64,000 nucleotides of DNA. It comes from Mobula hypostoma. Taxonomy: Eukaryota. The notes beneath the pieces were generated by a model that did no database searches, was not told the DNA's origin, and saw only the letters and a program-made list of their open reading frames with translations. The translations under genes and the position numbers were made by a program. The DNA lies in NCBI RefSeq assembly GCF_963921235.1, contig NC_086108.1, forward strand, positions 8,184,001 to 8,248,000. The letters are read 5' to 3'. Below, in pieces: positions 12,990-25,819 of this stretch (its first letter is position 1; every line of letters begins with the position of its first letter).

Positions 12990-13628
12990 ATTAGCCTCGG
13001 CCTATGAGGAGAGACGTCAGGTTTGGCCCATCTGAGGGACATCAGCCTCGGCCTATGAGGAGACATCAGCCTCGGCCTATGAGGAGACATCAGCCTCGGC
13101 CTATGAGGAGACGTCAGCCTCGGCCTATGAGGAAACGTCAGCTTCGGCCTATGAGGAAACGTCAGCCTCGGCTTATGAGGAAACGTCAGCCTCGGCCTAT
13201 GAGGAGACATCAACCTCGGCCTGTGAGGAGACATCTGCCTCGGCCTGTGAGGAGACATCAGCCTCGGCCTATGAGGAGACATCAACCTCGGCCTATGAGG
13301 AGACATCTGCCTCGGCCTATGAGGAGACATCAGTCTCAGCCTATGAGGAGACATCAGCCTCGGCCTATGAGGAAGCGTCAGCTTCGGCCTATGAGGAAAC
13401 GTCAGCCTCGGCCTATGAGGAGACATCAACCTCGGCCTATGAGGAGACATCTGCCTCGGCCTGTGAGGAGACATCTGCCTCGGCCTGTGAGGAGACATCA
13501 GCCTCGGCCTATGAGGAGACATCAACCTCGGCCTATGAGGAGACATCTGCCTCGGCCTATGAGGAGACATCAGCCTCTGCCCAGTGGAGAGACGTCAGGT
13601 TTGGCCCATCTGAGGGACATCAGCCTCA
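12990..13628. repeat. 24-bp minisatellite (cagcctcggcctatgaggagacat), ~24 units
   Basis: Direct inspection; gives the MRRHQPRP / MSPHRPRL pseudo-ORFs. Confidence 0.97.
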
Positions 13629-13669
13629 GTTCAGCTGAGAGACAGCAGCTTTGGCTCGAAGTGAAATTG

Positions 13670-14895
13670 AGGTTGCATGCACCCCCTTGGGCTGGCAGCT
13701 CGTTCCACACTTTCACCACCCTCTGACAGAAGAAGTTTCCCCTCATGTTCCTCTTAAACATATCACCTTTCACCCTTAACCCATGACATCTTATTGTAGT
13801 CCCACCCAACCTCAGTCTAAAAAGCCTCCTTGCACTTACTCTATCTATACCCTCATAATTTCATATACCTCTATCAAATCTCTTTTCAATTTTCTATGTT
13901 CTGGGGAATAAAGTTCTAACCTAGTCAATCTTTCCTTGTAACTCAAGTCCTCCAGTCCCAGCAATATCCCTTTAAATTTTCTCTGTGCTCTTTCAATCTT
14001 GCTTACATCTTTCCCATATGTAGATGACTAAAACTGCACACAATACTCCAGACTGGGCCTCACCAATATCTTATACAACTTCAACATGACATCCCATCTC
14101 CTGTACTCAATACTTTGATTTATGAAGGACAATGTGCCAAAAGCTCTCTTTATGAACCTATCAACCTGTGACACCACTTCCAATGAATTATGGACCTGTA
14201 TTCCCAGATCCCTTTGTTCCACCGCACTCTTCAATGCCCTACCGTTCACTGTGTAAGGCATTCCCTAGTTGGTCCTTCCAAAGTGTAACACCTCGCATTT
14301 GTCTGCATTAAATTCCATCTGCCATTTTTAAGCCCATTTTTCCAGCTGGTCCAAATCCCTCTGCAAACTCTGATAGTCTTCCTTGCTGTCCACTACACCC
14401 ACGGTCTTGGTGTCATCTGCAAATTTGCTGATCCAGTTAACCACATTATCATCCAGATCGTTCATATAGATGATAAACAACAACAGACCCAGCACTGCTC
14501 CCTGCAGCACTCCACTAGTCACAGGTCTGCAGTCAGAGAGGGAACCATTTACTCCCTCAAAGCCAGCACCTAATCCATTTTACTACCACATCTTGAATGC
14601 CGAGCGACTGAAGTTACCAGGAAAGGTGATAAAGGCAAGGCAGTGGATGTTGTCTACACGGACTTTAGCAAGCCTTCTTGACCGATCTCCGATGCAACAC
14701 CTTGTCAAATACCTTACTAAAGTCTATGTAGACAACAACCACTGCCTTGTCTTCATCAACTTTTCTGGTAACTTCCTTAAAAAACTCCATAAGATTGGTT
14801 AGACACAATCTACCATGCACAAAGCCATGTTGACTATCCCCAATCAGTCCCTGTCTATCCAAATACTCATATATCCAGTCTTTTACAATGCCTTC
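13670..14895 (-). mobile_element. 5'-truncated CR1 LINE (RT) with an internal inverted segment
   Basis: SQHGFVHGRLCLTNL...YIDFSKVFDKV; SGVLQGAVLG...SKFADDTK; YKILVRPSLEYCVQF; GNFFCQRVVKVWNELP. Confidence 0.9.
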
Positions 14896-14911
14896 TGCCC
14901 TGGGCACTTAC

Positions 14912-14958
14912 TTGGGATAGTTCATACAGTACACAGTGTAGATATCAAATTCTTCACT
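14912..14958 (-). CDS. PLEKHG2: PLEKHG-family RhoGEF exon, DH domain (SEEFDIYTVYCMNYP-N)
   Basis: ttttctccccacag|AGT acceptor, AA|gtaagt donor; 47 nt, phase 0 to 2. Not in the ORF track; found by reading the sequence. Confidence 0.93.
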
Positions 14959-15061
14959 CTGTGGGGAGAAAAAACACAAACTTCTGTTAGGGTTTACATG
15001 GACAGGGAGATCAATAGACTGGGGTCACAAAACAAATTAACTCAACACAGATTGTGGGGCT

Positions 15062-17290
15062 AGGGAGAATGGGGAGAGAGAAGGGGGAAACAGGGGAACG
15101 GAGAAGGTGAGAGAAGGAAGGAGAAAGAAGGGAAGAGAGAGGGAGAAGAGAGCTAACAGAAGAGAAGTAAGGGGAGAGACAAATTGGGAGGGAGAAGGGG
15201 ACAGAGATTGAAAGAAATGGTGAGAGAAACGTGGGAGGGAAGAGACAGGGGAACAGTGAGATGGGAAGAGAGAAAAGGGGAGAGAGGGGAGGGAGAGAGA
15301 GAGAAAGGGAGGGAAAGAAGGGGAGGAGAGAAGGGGAGGGGAAGAGAGGGGAGGGGAAGAGAGGGGAGGGAGGGGAGGGGGAGAGAGGGGAGGGAGGGGA
15401 GGGGGAGAGAGGGGAGGGGGAGAGAGAGAGAAAGGGAGGGAGAGAAGGGGAGGGGAAGAGAGGGGAGGGGAAGAGAGGGGAGGGGAGAGAGGGGAGGGGG
15501 AGAGAGGGGAGGGGGAGAGAGGGGAGGGGAGAGAGGGGGGAGAGAGGGGAGGGGAAGAGAGGGGAGGGGGAGAGAGGGAGAAAGGGAGGGAGAGAAGGGG
15601 AGGGGGAGAGAGGGAGAAAGGGAGGGAGAGAAGGGGAGGGGGAGAGAGGGGAGGGAGAGAAGGGGAGGAGAGAAGGGGAGGAGAGAAGGGGAGGAGAGAA
15701 GGGGAGGAGAGAAGGGGAGGAGAGAAGGGGAGGAGAGAAGGGGAGGGGGAGAGAAGGGGAGGGGGAGAGAAGGGGAGGGGGAGAGAAGGGGAGGGGGAGA
15801 GAGAGAGAAAGGGAGGGAGAGAAGGGGAGGGGGAGAGAGGGGAGGGGGAGAGAGGGGAGGGGGAGAGAGGGGAGGGGGAGAGAGGGGAGGGAGAGAAGGA
15901 GAGGAGAGGAGGGGAAGGGAAGAGAGAGGAGGGGAGAGGGGGACGGGAGAGAGGGGAGGGGAGAGAGGGGAGGGGAGGGGGAGAGAAAGGGAGGGAGAGA
16001 AGAGGAGGAGAGAAGGGGAGAGTGAAGGGAGATGAAAGGGGAAGGGAGAAGGGGAGAGGTACAGGAAGGGAAGGTGGAGGGAGGAGGAGAGAGAAAGAGA
16101 TCAAAGGGGAGGGAGAATGGGGGGGGTGACAGGGTGATTTGTGAAGTCGGCAGTTTAGTCTTTGTGCCAGCTCTGAGACAGGTGGCCAGCAATTTCCCCA
16201 CCTCAACCCCTTCTCCCTTTTCTGATTTGGTCCCATTGCTTGGATTATCCTCCTCTCTCTGGAACGGGGTCACACAGGGTAAGGTAGGGAGCGAGGGGGA
16301 GTTTAAGCACACAAGGATGGAGTGTTTACCCTACCCTCCCTATACCCCACAGGACAATCCGCTGACGTACTCTGTGTGTGTAACTGGCACCAGGGAGGAG
16401 GCCTAGGGTCCCACCAGCAGAGGGAGCTGCTGGAGCACAGGACGATAATCTGTCTGTCTGAGAGAGACAGAGAGAGGGGAGGGGGGGGATAGAGAGAGTG
16501 GAGGGGAGATAGGTAGAGAGAGGGGAGGAGAGAGAGCGAGAGACATACAGAGAGAGGGTGGAGGAGAGTGAGACAGAGAGAGGGAAGGAGAGAGAGACAG
16601 AGAGGGGAGGGGAGGGGAGAGAGAGGAGAGAGGGAGAGGGAGATAAAGAGAGAGAGGGAGTGAAGGAAAGAGGGAGAGAGAGAGAAGGAGAGAAGGGGAG
16701 AGAGAGGGAGAGGGGGGAGAGAGGGAGAGAGGGAGGGGGAGAGAGGGAGGGGGAGAGAAGAGGAAGAAAGGCAGGGAGATAGGGAGAGAGAGGGGAGGGG
16801 GAGAAAGAGAGAGGGAGAGGGAGATAAAGAGAGAGAGGGAGTGAAGGAAAGAGGGAGAGGGAGGGAAGGAGAGAGAGAGGGAGAGAGGGAGAGAAAGAAA
16901 GGCAGGGAGGGGGTAGATAGAGAGAGGGAGAGAGGGGGAAGGGAGAGGGAGACAGAGGGAGAGAGAGCGAGGTGTGGAAAGGGGAAGAAGAGAGGGGGAG
17001 ATGAGGGAAGGGGAGGGAGAGAAAGAGAGTAGGCGCAGAGAGAGGGAGGGAGATGGGGAAAGAGCGGGAGATGGGGAGAGAGAGAGGGCAGGGAGCAAGA
17101 AGGTGGAGGGAGGAGAGAATCAGAAAAAGAGGAAGAGAGCGAGAGGGTGTGTGTGAGAGAGAGGGACGGGGGAGTGTGTGAGTTAGAGAGGGCAATGTGT
17201 GTGTGTGAGAGAGAGAGAGAGAGACTGAGAGGGGGAATGAGAGAGGAGAGTGGAGATAAAAAGTGAGAGTAAGAGAAGGAGAGTGGAGTA
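15062..17290. repeat. Two long polypurine (G/A) tracts (~15062-16110 and ~16460-17290)
   Basis: ggggagaga/gaggggag-type degenerate repeats; source of the Pro/Ser/Leu and Gly/Arg/Glu pseudo-ORFs. Confidence 0.97.
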
Positions 17291-17935
17291 AACAGAGCCC
17301 AGAGTGTGAGAGACAGTATCCTTTTTTTGATGCAGTTTTCTGCAGTTTTGACCGGGGCAGATTGGCTCAGCGACCAGCAGTCAATGAACAACACAGCGTT
17401 AAACTGAACTAAACTGAACATTCCCAGACTGTTTCAAGGACTCTGCAGTTCGATGTTTAACATCTTGTGCAAGATTGGCTCTTTTTTTGCCGTTTGCGTG
17501 ATTTGCTCTTTTTTTGCATGTTGGGTGTCTGATGTTTTTCTCTGAAGGGGTTCCCTGGTGTTTCTTTGTTTCATGGCTGGCTGTCTGCGGGACAAATTTC
17601 AGAGTTGAATACGGCATTCATACTCTGATGATAAATGTACTTTGAACCTTGAACCAACACTGCAGAAGATGTAAGCAATGCAGCAGAGTGTCGGGATCAG
17701 GAAGGGTGCTGGGAGTTCCGGTCTAGTTGGAGAAACATGTGGTTGCTTTGACAATTGTCCAAAGGATTTAATTCTGTGCTATTAATAATATGTGTGAGCA
17801 GCAAACCAGCCACACACAGCCAGAGAGATAAATCAGTTCAGGATCTGGGCTATTGCACGATGGAGAGAGGTGGGTCGGGTGGTTCTGACTACAGGAGGGA
17901 GAGAAATCAGAATCAGATTTATTACCATAGACGTA

Positions 17936-18482
17936 CACTGAGTGGCCACTTTATTAGGTACACCTAATTGTTAATGCAAATATCTAATCAGCCCATCATG
18001 TGACAACAACTCAATGCATAAAAGCATGCAGGCATGGTCAAGAGGTTCAGTTGTTGTTCAGACCAAACATCAGAATGGGTAAGAAATATAATCTCAGTGA
18101 GTGTCTGTTGGTGCCAGATGGGGTGGTTTGAGTAGCTCAGAAACTGCCGATCTCCTGGGATTTTCATGCACAACAGTCTCTAGAGGTTACAGAAAATGGT
18201 GTGAGAAACTAAAATCATCCAGTGAGCGGCAGTTCTGTGGGTGAAAATGCCTTGTTAGTGAGAGAGGTCAGAGGAGAATGGCCAGACTGGTTCAAGCTGA
18301 CAGGAAGGCAACAGTAACTCAAATAACCACGCGTTACCACAGTGGCGTGCAGAAGAGCATCTCTGAATATGCAACATGTCAAACCTTGAAGTGGATGGAC
18401 TACAGGAGCAGAAGACCATGAACATAGACTCAGGGGCCACGTTATGAGGTACAGGAACTACTGAATAAAGTGGCCAGCTGAG
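17936..18482 (+). mobile_element. Non-autonomous Tc1-family DNA transposon
   Basis: TA-flanked TIRs cactgagtggccactttattagg ... aataaagtggccagctgag; internal transposase HTH remnant (SETADLLGFSCTTVSRGYRKW...RGQRRMARLVQADRKATVTQI). Confidence 0.8.
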
Positions 18483-19054
18483 TACATGTCGTGAAATTTG
18501 TTGTTTTGTGACGGCATAAAGACATAAAGATTACCTCCACTCCTACTCCAGATGCAACAGAATTTTCCCCCTTTGGTCACTGAGCACTCTAACAAACCTG
18601 TACAGACGTACCATTTAGAGTATCTTGTACAGCAACTTGAATGCGCAGAAATGCAGGAAGCTGTACAGGGTGGTAGACCCAGCCCAATACTTCACGGGCA
18701 CATCTCTCCCCTCCATCAGCAGTACCTACAGGAGGTGCTGCGTCAAGAAGGCAGCATCCACCATCCGGGCCAGGCCATCTTCTCACAGCTACCGTCGGGC
18801 AGGAGGTACAGAAGACTGAAGACCCACACCAGCAGGTTCAAACAATCGGTTTACTGATCATTACGGAATGTCTCTCTGCTGCTTTCCGCTCTCTCCCCTC
18901 TCCCAACCATGATTCCCCTCTCCCTGTCCCCTTCCCACTCTCAGTCCACAATAGAGGCCCATGTCAGAATCAGGTTTATCATCACTCACATTTGTCATGA
19001 AATCTGTTTTGTTTTTCACAGCAGCAGCTGTACAGTGCAATACATAAAATTACT

Positions 19055-19122
19055 ACAGTATACACAAAAGTCTGAGGCACCCTAGCATTATATATGTGCC
19101 TGAGACTTTTACACAGTATGGT
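19055..19122. mobile_element. ~65-bp palindromic mini-MITE (Tc1-like TIR); also at 39416-39485 and partially at 62111-62153
   Basis: cagtatacacaaaagtctgaggcac...gtgcctgagacttttacacagtatgg. Confidence 0.65.
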
Positions 19123-20239
19123 ATGTTGTAAAATATGTTTTTTTTGCGGCAGCAGTACAGTGCAATACATAGAATGATTACAGTATAGTACTGCTTTAGG
19201 CATGGACTTACGCAGATGACAGTGAACCAAGCTTTGTAACTTGAGAAATCCAAATGACCGTCACCTCCCCTTCACTCTTGCCCTCTCAGTTATCCTTCCT
19301 TCCTCTCTCTGCTCTTCCTCTTCCCTCTCATGTCTCCCCACCACTCTCCTGCCTCCTCTGCCCTCCACCAATTACAGTCACACCGTCAAAGGGCAGTACA
19401 GAAATAGGCCATTCAGCCCACTGTGCCAGTGCTGACCAGTGCTAACCTCTCACTACTCCCACATTCCTGCACTCAGCCCGGGAGCTTCAAGGTTCAAGAT
19501 TCAGGACTGTCATTTCCGGTACACAAGGGTAAAGGAGAATGAAATCAATTGTTACTCTGGATCTGATGCAGCACAAAGAAAAACACAAGAAGATAAAAAA
19601 CACAGTAATAAAAAACACATTAAAAAAATATAAATCCCGTCGCCATTGAAAGGAGGTTGTAAGTTCCTGTGACTGCGTGGAGTTCCTTTGTGTGCTCTGG
19701 TTTCCTCCCAGAGTCCAAAGATGTACCGGTTGGTAGGTCGTTGTAAATTGTCCTGTGATTAGGCTCGGACTAAATCGGGGGTTGCTGGGTGATGCGGCTC
19801 AGAGGGTTGAATGAGTCTATTCTGCATCGTTGTCGTCGTCGTCATCATCATTCATCAACATGTGCTGTGTCGTATGACATCATTATGTCTGTCATGACAT
19901 CATCATTATGTGCTGTGTCATATGACATCATCATTATGTGCTGTCATATGGTGGTTGGGGGTGTGGAGGGGTGGGTTAGTGGGTGGAAGAGTTAATCAGC
20001 CTTACTGCTTGGGGAAAGTAACTGTCTTTGAGTCTGGTGGTCCTGGAGTAGATGCTGCGTAGTCCATGAGCAGGGTGGGTGAGGTCTTTATGATGACATT
20101 CCTTGCCAGTGTACCTTGGTGATCATCACCTCCCTCCATCACCCCCCCCCACCCAGCAGACAGTGTGCACCAGAATTCAAACAGTCTCTGTGTTAAAAAA
20201 AATTCTTCCTCACCTCCTCTGACCACTCACGTTAAACCT

Positions 20240-20490
20240 ATGGCATGCTTGGTAGGGCAATGGTCAGCACAGCACTTTACAAAACCAGTGGCCCAGGTTC
20301 AATTCCCGCCGCTGCCTGTAAGCAGCTTGTACGTTCTCCCCGTGACCACGTGGGTTTCCTCCGGGTGCTCCGGTTTCCTCCCAAAGTCCGAAGACTGGTG
20401 GTAGGTTAATTGGTCATTGTAAGTTGTCCCGTGATTAGGCAAGGTTTATATCAGGAGCTCGAAGGGCCAGACAGTGTATTCCAATAAATA
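20240..20490 (+). mobile_element. tRNA-derived SINE (HE1/V-SINE-like)
   Basis: B-box-like ggttcaattccc, then gggtttcctccgggtgctccggtttcctccc. Confidence 0.8.
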
Positions 20491-20819
20491 ATCTCAGCGG
20501 GCGGTCTGTGTGTGACTAACTCTGCACCGATGGAACTCCAGGATCAGGATTTGAATTCCTTTGGGATTTCACTTCAATGTCTGCTATAACTTGGAACATT
20601 GGCTCCGATGATCCTGTCCCATGGGGCCAGTTTCCTTTCCCTGGGGTTCACCAACCTGACTTTCCCTCAGTCACCTGTTCCAGAATGTCACCCAGCACCA
20701 AGAGATCAGATTGGGGTGATGGTCCGCCCCCACCATCCCACAACCATCAGCAGGAGATAGGGATAGGACAGCTCCACCTCCAGCCTTGGGGGAGGGTGGT
20801 TTCTCAGATCGCAGGTTGA

Positions 20820-21102
20820 TTTTATTTTGGAGATACAACGGGGAACAGGCCCTTCCAACTCACCAAGCCACACCATCCAGCAATCCCCTGATTTAATCCT
20901 AGCCGAATCACGGCACTGTTCACAATGACCAATTAATCTACCAACTGGTACGTCTTTGGAGTGTGGGAGGAAACTGGAGCACCCGGAGGAAATCCACATG
21001 GTCACAGGGAGATCGTACAAACTCCTTACAGACAGCGACGGGAATTGAACCCGGGTCACCTGTACTGTAAAGCGTCATGCTAACCATGACACTACTGTGC
21101 CA
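20820..21102 (-). mobile_element. tRNA-derived SINE (HE1/V-SINE-like)
   Basis: Reverse-complement copy (gggaattgaacccgggtcac on +). Further copies at ~19640-19830(+), 25360-25600(-), 37940-38200(+), 42705-43020(+), 44300-44490(+) and 58995-59720(+). Confidence 0.8.
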
Positions 21103-21784
21103 TAGACCAATAGATCGGAACCTCATATTCTGCCTGAGTAGTTTACAGCCCCAATTGCATGTACATTGAATTCTCCTGGATCGATTCAAGATTCAGGATT
21201 GTTTAATGTCATTTCCAGTGCACAAGGGTAAAGGAGAATGTAAGTAATTGTTACTCCGGGTCCGATGCAGCACAAAAAAACAAAATAAGATAAGGAACAA
21301 AATAAAAAATTAAAAAACACATTAAATATAAATACATAAGATAGATTACATACATAGACTGTATGTCCACAAAGTGACGCTAGGCACAGGAGTGCCTGTA
21401 CCCGAGCTGACTGACAGGAAACGATAGAGTAGTGGTGGTTGGGGTGTGGAGGGAGAGGTGCTGATCGGCCTTACTGCTTGGGGAAAGGAACTGTTTTTGA
21501 GCCCAGTGGTGCTGCTGGGGAAGGGCTGCATTACTGTAGAAGTATTAGTGAGCTTGTTCTAGATGATTGGAGTTTGTGTTTGGTCAAAGTGCAAGTTACA
21601 TCGAGACTGTCAGTAAGACTGTCACCCACTATGAAGGACCCCCATCACCAGGGCATGCCCTCTTTGCTACCTTTAGGGAAGAGGTGCAGGAGCCTCACTC
21701 AATGATTCAGGAACAGCTTCTTCACCATGGATAATGGGCCCATGAATGCTACCTTTGCTTTTTTTTTTGCACTATTTATTTTCA

Positions 21785-22295
21785 TTGGGGAGAGCCTCAT
21801 CGCACACCTCTGCACCATCGGCCACAAACGGGATTTCCCAGTGGTCAAACATTTTAATTCTGATCCCTATTCCCATTCCGATGTGTTGATCTATGGCCTC
21901 CTCTTGTGCCAACCTCAGGGCGAAGGAGCAACAAACTTTCCACCCCTCCCTCTTCCCCTTTTTCCCATTTTGATCTTTTATCTCTTCTCACCTGCCCCTG
22001 GGTCTCCCCCTCCTTTCCTTTCTCCTATGGTCCATTCTTCCTTCCTATCAGATTCCTTCCTCTCCAACCCCTGACCTTTCCCACCCACCTGGCTTCACCA
22101 ATCACCTTCCAGGTAGACTTCTTCCCCTCCCGCTATCTTTTTATTCAGGCATCCTCCTTCTCAGTCCTGCTGAAGGGTCTCAGCCCAAAATGTCGACTGT
22201 TTACCCTTTTCCATAGATGCTTCCTGACCTGCTGTGCTCCTCCAGCATTTTGTGTGTGTTGCTCTGGATTTCTAGCATCTGCAGACTTTCTTGCA
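21785..22295 (+). mobile_element. Penelope-like element 3' fragment (GIY-YIG tail + pseudo-LTR with hammerhead remnant)
   Basis: AHLCTIGHKRDFPVVKHFNS; cagtc-ctgctga-agggtctcagccc-aaaa-tgtc-gactg at 22162-22199. Confidence 0.75.
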
Positions 22296-22429
22296 CTTAT
22301 ATTTGATATATTTCTTATTGTAACATATATTGTATTGCGCTGTACTGCTGCCGCTAAACAACAAATCTCAGGACATATGCCAATAATATCAAACCTGATT
22401 CTGATTCTGTGCTCTCAGATCTACTCTGA

Positions 22430-23600
22430 AATGCAGTATTATGTTGTGATTCAGCCTCTTGTACAGGAGTCTGAATCACAACATCTCTTTTTCTGTTTGG
22501 TGTGCTTTTTATTGGACTTGCACATTCTCTGTCTGTGTGACCTTGTCTATGACACTTTCTGCACACTTTGCCTTTGAATCAACAGTCATTTGCATCATTG
22601 AGAGGATTTGCCATATCGATAAAATTTCTGGCTTTTTGCACTATCAGGGACATTTTGTGTGTTTCACATTCTAAACTCTTTTTCTGTAGTTCCGATGCAT
22701 TCTTTGCTGCAGCCTCTAATGATACTACAATGGTCAATGCCCATTCTAAGGTTAGTTCTCTTTCTGACAGTAGCCTCGTCTGAGTGCTTTGACTATCATG
22801 CCACATACAAGCCTGTCCACTAATGCATCAGAAAGTCCACCTCTAAAGTCATGGTATTGGGAAAGTTTGTGCAGTTCTGCAATGTATTCAGAAATGCTTT
22901 CATCCTTTAGTTCCTTTAGTGAAATTTAAATCTCTCAGCTAGTACTAGCAGCTTTGGGCTCAAGCGATTTTGTAAAATCGCAACAATTTTGTCGAATGTC
23001 TTGCTTGCTGGCTTTTCAGAAGTTACCAAGTTGCGTAAGAGACTGTATGTTTTAGCACCCATTAAGCTAAGAAGTGTGGAGACTTTCATTTCCTCACCCA
23101 TGTCGTTAGCATTACATACAGTTCAACCCTCTCGCTGTATAGTTCTTAGTCTTCATTACCACAATAAACTTCATCAACTTTCCCCACTAAGGCCATTATC
23201 ACATTATTTTCACTTTAGTTTTGCTAGTTGTGTGTCTCTCACTGTGTACTGTGCACTGTCACTAACACGTCCCTGTGCCAATATCCATGACTGTCTTTTC
23301 TGTACTGGCACACTCTTTCCTCTCTCTCTCTCTCCCTCCCTCCATCGAGTTCTGTCGTCTTGTAACTGTCGGTGCAGTTGGTGATATTCACTGACATTCA
23401 GGTTCGTGCCCGTCACCAATTTGTTGTGTCTCTACAACTACATACGGTCTGAAATAAATAAAAGGCACGCACTCGGAGGTGAAGTTAACTTGTGTATTCA
23501 CTCGGCAGAGACCAACAAATCAATGCACATGGGTAAGTTATCAGTCAATAATTACTGCTAAGGTGAGTCACTGTGCTAAAAGAAATAGATCCGCACATTA
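22430..23600 (-). mobile_element. Ty3/Gypsy LTR retrotransposon remnant (gag, PBS, part of 5' LTR)
   Basis: KVSTLLSLMGAKTYSLLRNLV..EKPASKTF...LAERFKFH; TRLLSERELTL; CCHC knuckle CRKCHRQGHTDREC; minus-strand ...acacaaca-aat-tggtgacg LTR end/PBS-like at ~23411-23430. Confidence 0.82.
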
Positions 23601-24096
23601 CATTTCCTACTGCTGGGTGACCAGAACTGTCAGCATCGAAGTTGGGTCTCTGGGGCTGGGGTCAGTATTCCCTTACTGCCCAATACCCTCCTCTGTGACG
23701 TGTGACTGTTGTAGAGGCCAATACACGGACCAAATGGAGACAGAATGAGTGTCTGAGAACCGTACAGTAAGCCTGATTTTCCGTTGTCTGAGGCCTCCCA
23801 CACCCCAGCGTTCAGAGATCGCTTCTTAATAGCAGATGGTAATTTGAGAAGGACTTCTGGAGGATTCCTCATTAAATAATTTATGCTGTTTTTTTTACAG
23901 AGCAGTGCCCTGTTACAACCCCTCTGGGCTAAAACCTTTGAAAAGGTTCACAAATAAAATCTGAGAACTTTACACGCTCTGGAATCTACAGGGTTCCCTA
24001 AGCGTCACAAAACAGCGGTCCCTCATCTGTAGGAAGGGCAATGCTTTTCCTGCCCAGACTCTGTAACACAACAAGCAGGTGGCACTGCAGAGAGCA

Positions 24097-24860
24097 GAAG
24101 ACCATGAGATATAGGAGCAGAATTAGGCCATTCAGCCCTTTGAGTCTGCTCCATCATGCCTGATTTACTATCCCTCTCAAAACCATTCTCCTGCCTTTTC
24201 CCATAACCTTTGGTGCCATGACCAATGAAGAATCTATCAACCTTCACTTTAAATACACCCAGTGACCTGGCCTCCACAGCCGTCTGTGAATTCCACAGAT
24301 TCACCACGCTCTGGATAAAGAAATTCCTCTACGCCTCCATTCTAAATGGATATCCCTCTACTCCCAGCCTGGACCCCTCGGTTAATGGTAGGAATTCACA
24401 GTGTAAAAAAGGTCGAGAACCGCTGCTCTATCCCGAGGCTGTGCACTCTTCTCTTAGACTCTTCACTATAGGAAACATCCTCTCGCCATCCACTCTATCA
24501 AGGCATTTCAACATTTGATAGGTTTCAATGAGACCCCCCCCTCATTCTTTTAAACTCCAGTGAGTACAGGCCCAGAGCCATTAAACATTCCTCATATGTT
24601 AACCCTTTCATTCCCAGGAATATTCTCCTTTATTTCCTCAAGACCCTCTCCAACTCCAGTGCACCCGTTCTTAGATATGAGGCCCAAAACTGCTCACATT
24701 ACTCCAAGTGTGGTCTGATCAATGCCTTAAAAGCCTCAGCATTACATCCTTGCTTTTATATTCTAGTCCTCTCGAAATGAATACTAACATTGCATTTGCC
24801 TTCCTCACCACCAACTCAACCTGCAAGTTGACCTTTAGGGAATCCTGCTCGAGGCCTTCC
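24097..24860 (-). mobile_element. CR1 LINE 3' end with a small MITE-like insertion (~24361-24430)
   Basis: VNLWNS...tggcctaattctgctcctatatctcatggtct tail; the insertion resembles the element at 58700-58782. Confidence 0.85.
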
Positions 24861-24949
24861 ATCCTGCTGCCCCATTCCTGAGATCACAGCGTCAGCCCAA
24901 GGTTTCTGCTGTTTGTCAGAGCCCTCATTTTGTTGTTTTCTCATTACTT

Positions 24950-25350
24950 CCAAGGGAATGACAACCTTGCCGTTGGGTTTGGAGGCTTGTGAGCCTCAAT
25001 GACCCAGACAGCTATGCTGGCTGGAGTCAGGGCCTTGTGCTTTGGTTCTTAGTAGGGTCACCTGTGCCAAACAGATCAAGGGTTAGAGGCCAGACTAAGA
25101 GTGGCCTATCGGTCCTCCAGGTTCGGGGGTTCAGCTCAGGACTACAACCCTGACTGATCAAACAAAACTGTTACAGAAACAGCAATGAAGAATCCTTCTA
25201 CGTCTGTGTGTGACGGTATCCCCGAGTCTCCACCCGGGCTTGCATAGCTGACCCTGAACCACACCGGGGGCACATTGGAAAGGATGGCCAAGGACAAAGA
25301 GAGTTGGAAGACCTTCAACACTGCCCTAAGCACCTGTGACATAATAGACA
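24950..25350 (+). mobile_element. Probable RTE-type non-autonomous element
   Basis: ggtcctccaggttcgggggtt...acaaccctgac...aaaac UTR-like part, followed by a W..LERMAKDKESWKT-like RTE 3' end. Confidence 0.45.
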
Positions 25351-25819
25351 GCAAGTCTTATTTATTCAGATACAGTATGGATCCAACCTTCCAGATCTTT
25401 CAGCCGTGCTGCCCAGCAACCCCCGATTTAACCCTAGCCTAATCACACAATGACCAGTTAACCTACTAACTGGTCCATCTTTGTACTGTGTGAGGAAACT
25501 GAGTACATGGAGGAAACCCACACAGTCACGGGCAGCAGTGGGCATTGAACCCAGGTCACCTGCACAGTAGAGTGTTGTGCTAACCACTATGCTACCGTGC
25601 TGCCTTCTCTTTCATCAACCACGGCTTTGTCTCAGCCTCGGACACGTTCACTGAAACGACAGGGGGCTGGGAATTCCAAGGATCCACATGCAAAGCAGAG
25701 AGATTCTTCGGCAGTGCGTAGGCAAAAGGAATTAGTTCAGTTCGCACAACTTTGTGGGCTGACTGGTCTGTTCAACCTCTACCTTACAGGGGCATCTCTT
25801 ACCCTGGCACAACGCCACA

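Noticed and set aside
12902..13726. Arg/Pro-rich ORFs of 222 and 240 aa
   Set aside because: Translations of the 24-bp minisatellite.
15011..17421. Pro/Ser/Leu and Gly/Arg/Glu ORFs (also 3320-3958, 25597-26208, 54544-55127)
   Set aside because: Low-complexity purine tracts lack stop codons in several frames on both strands.
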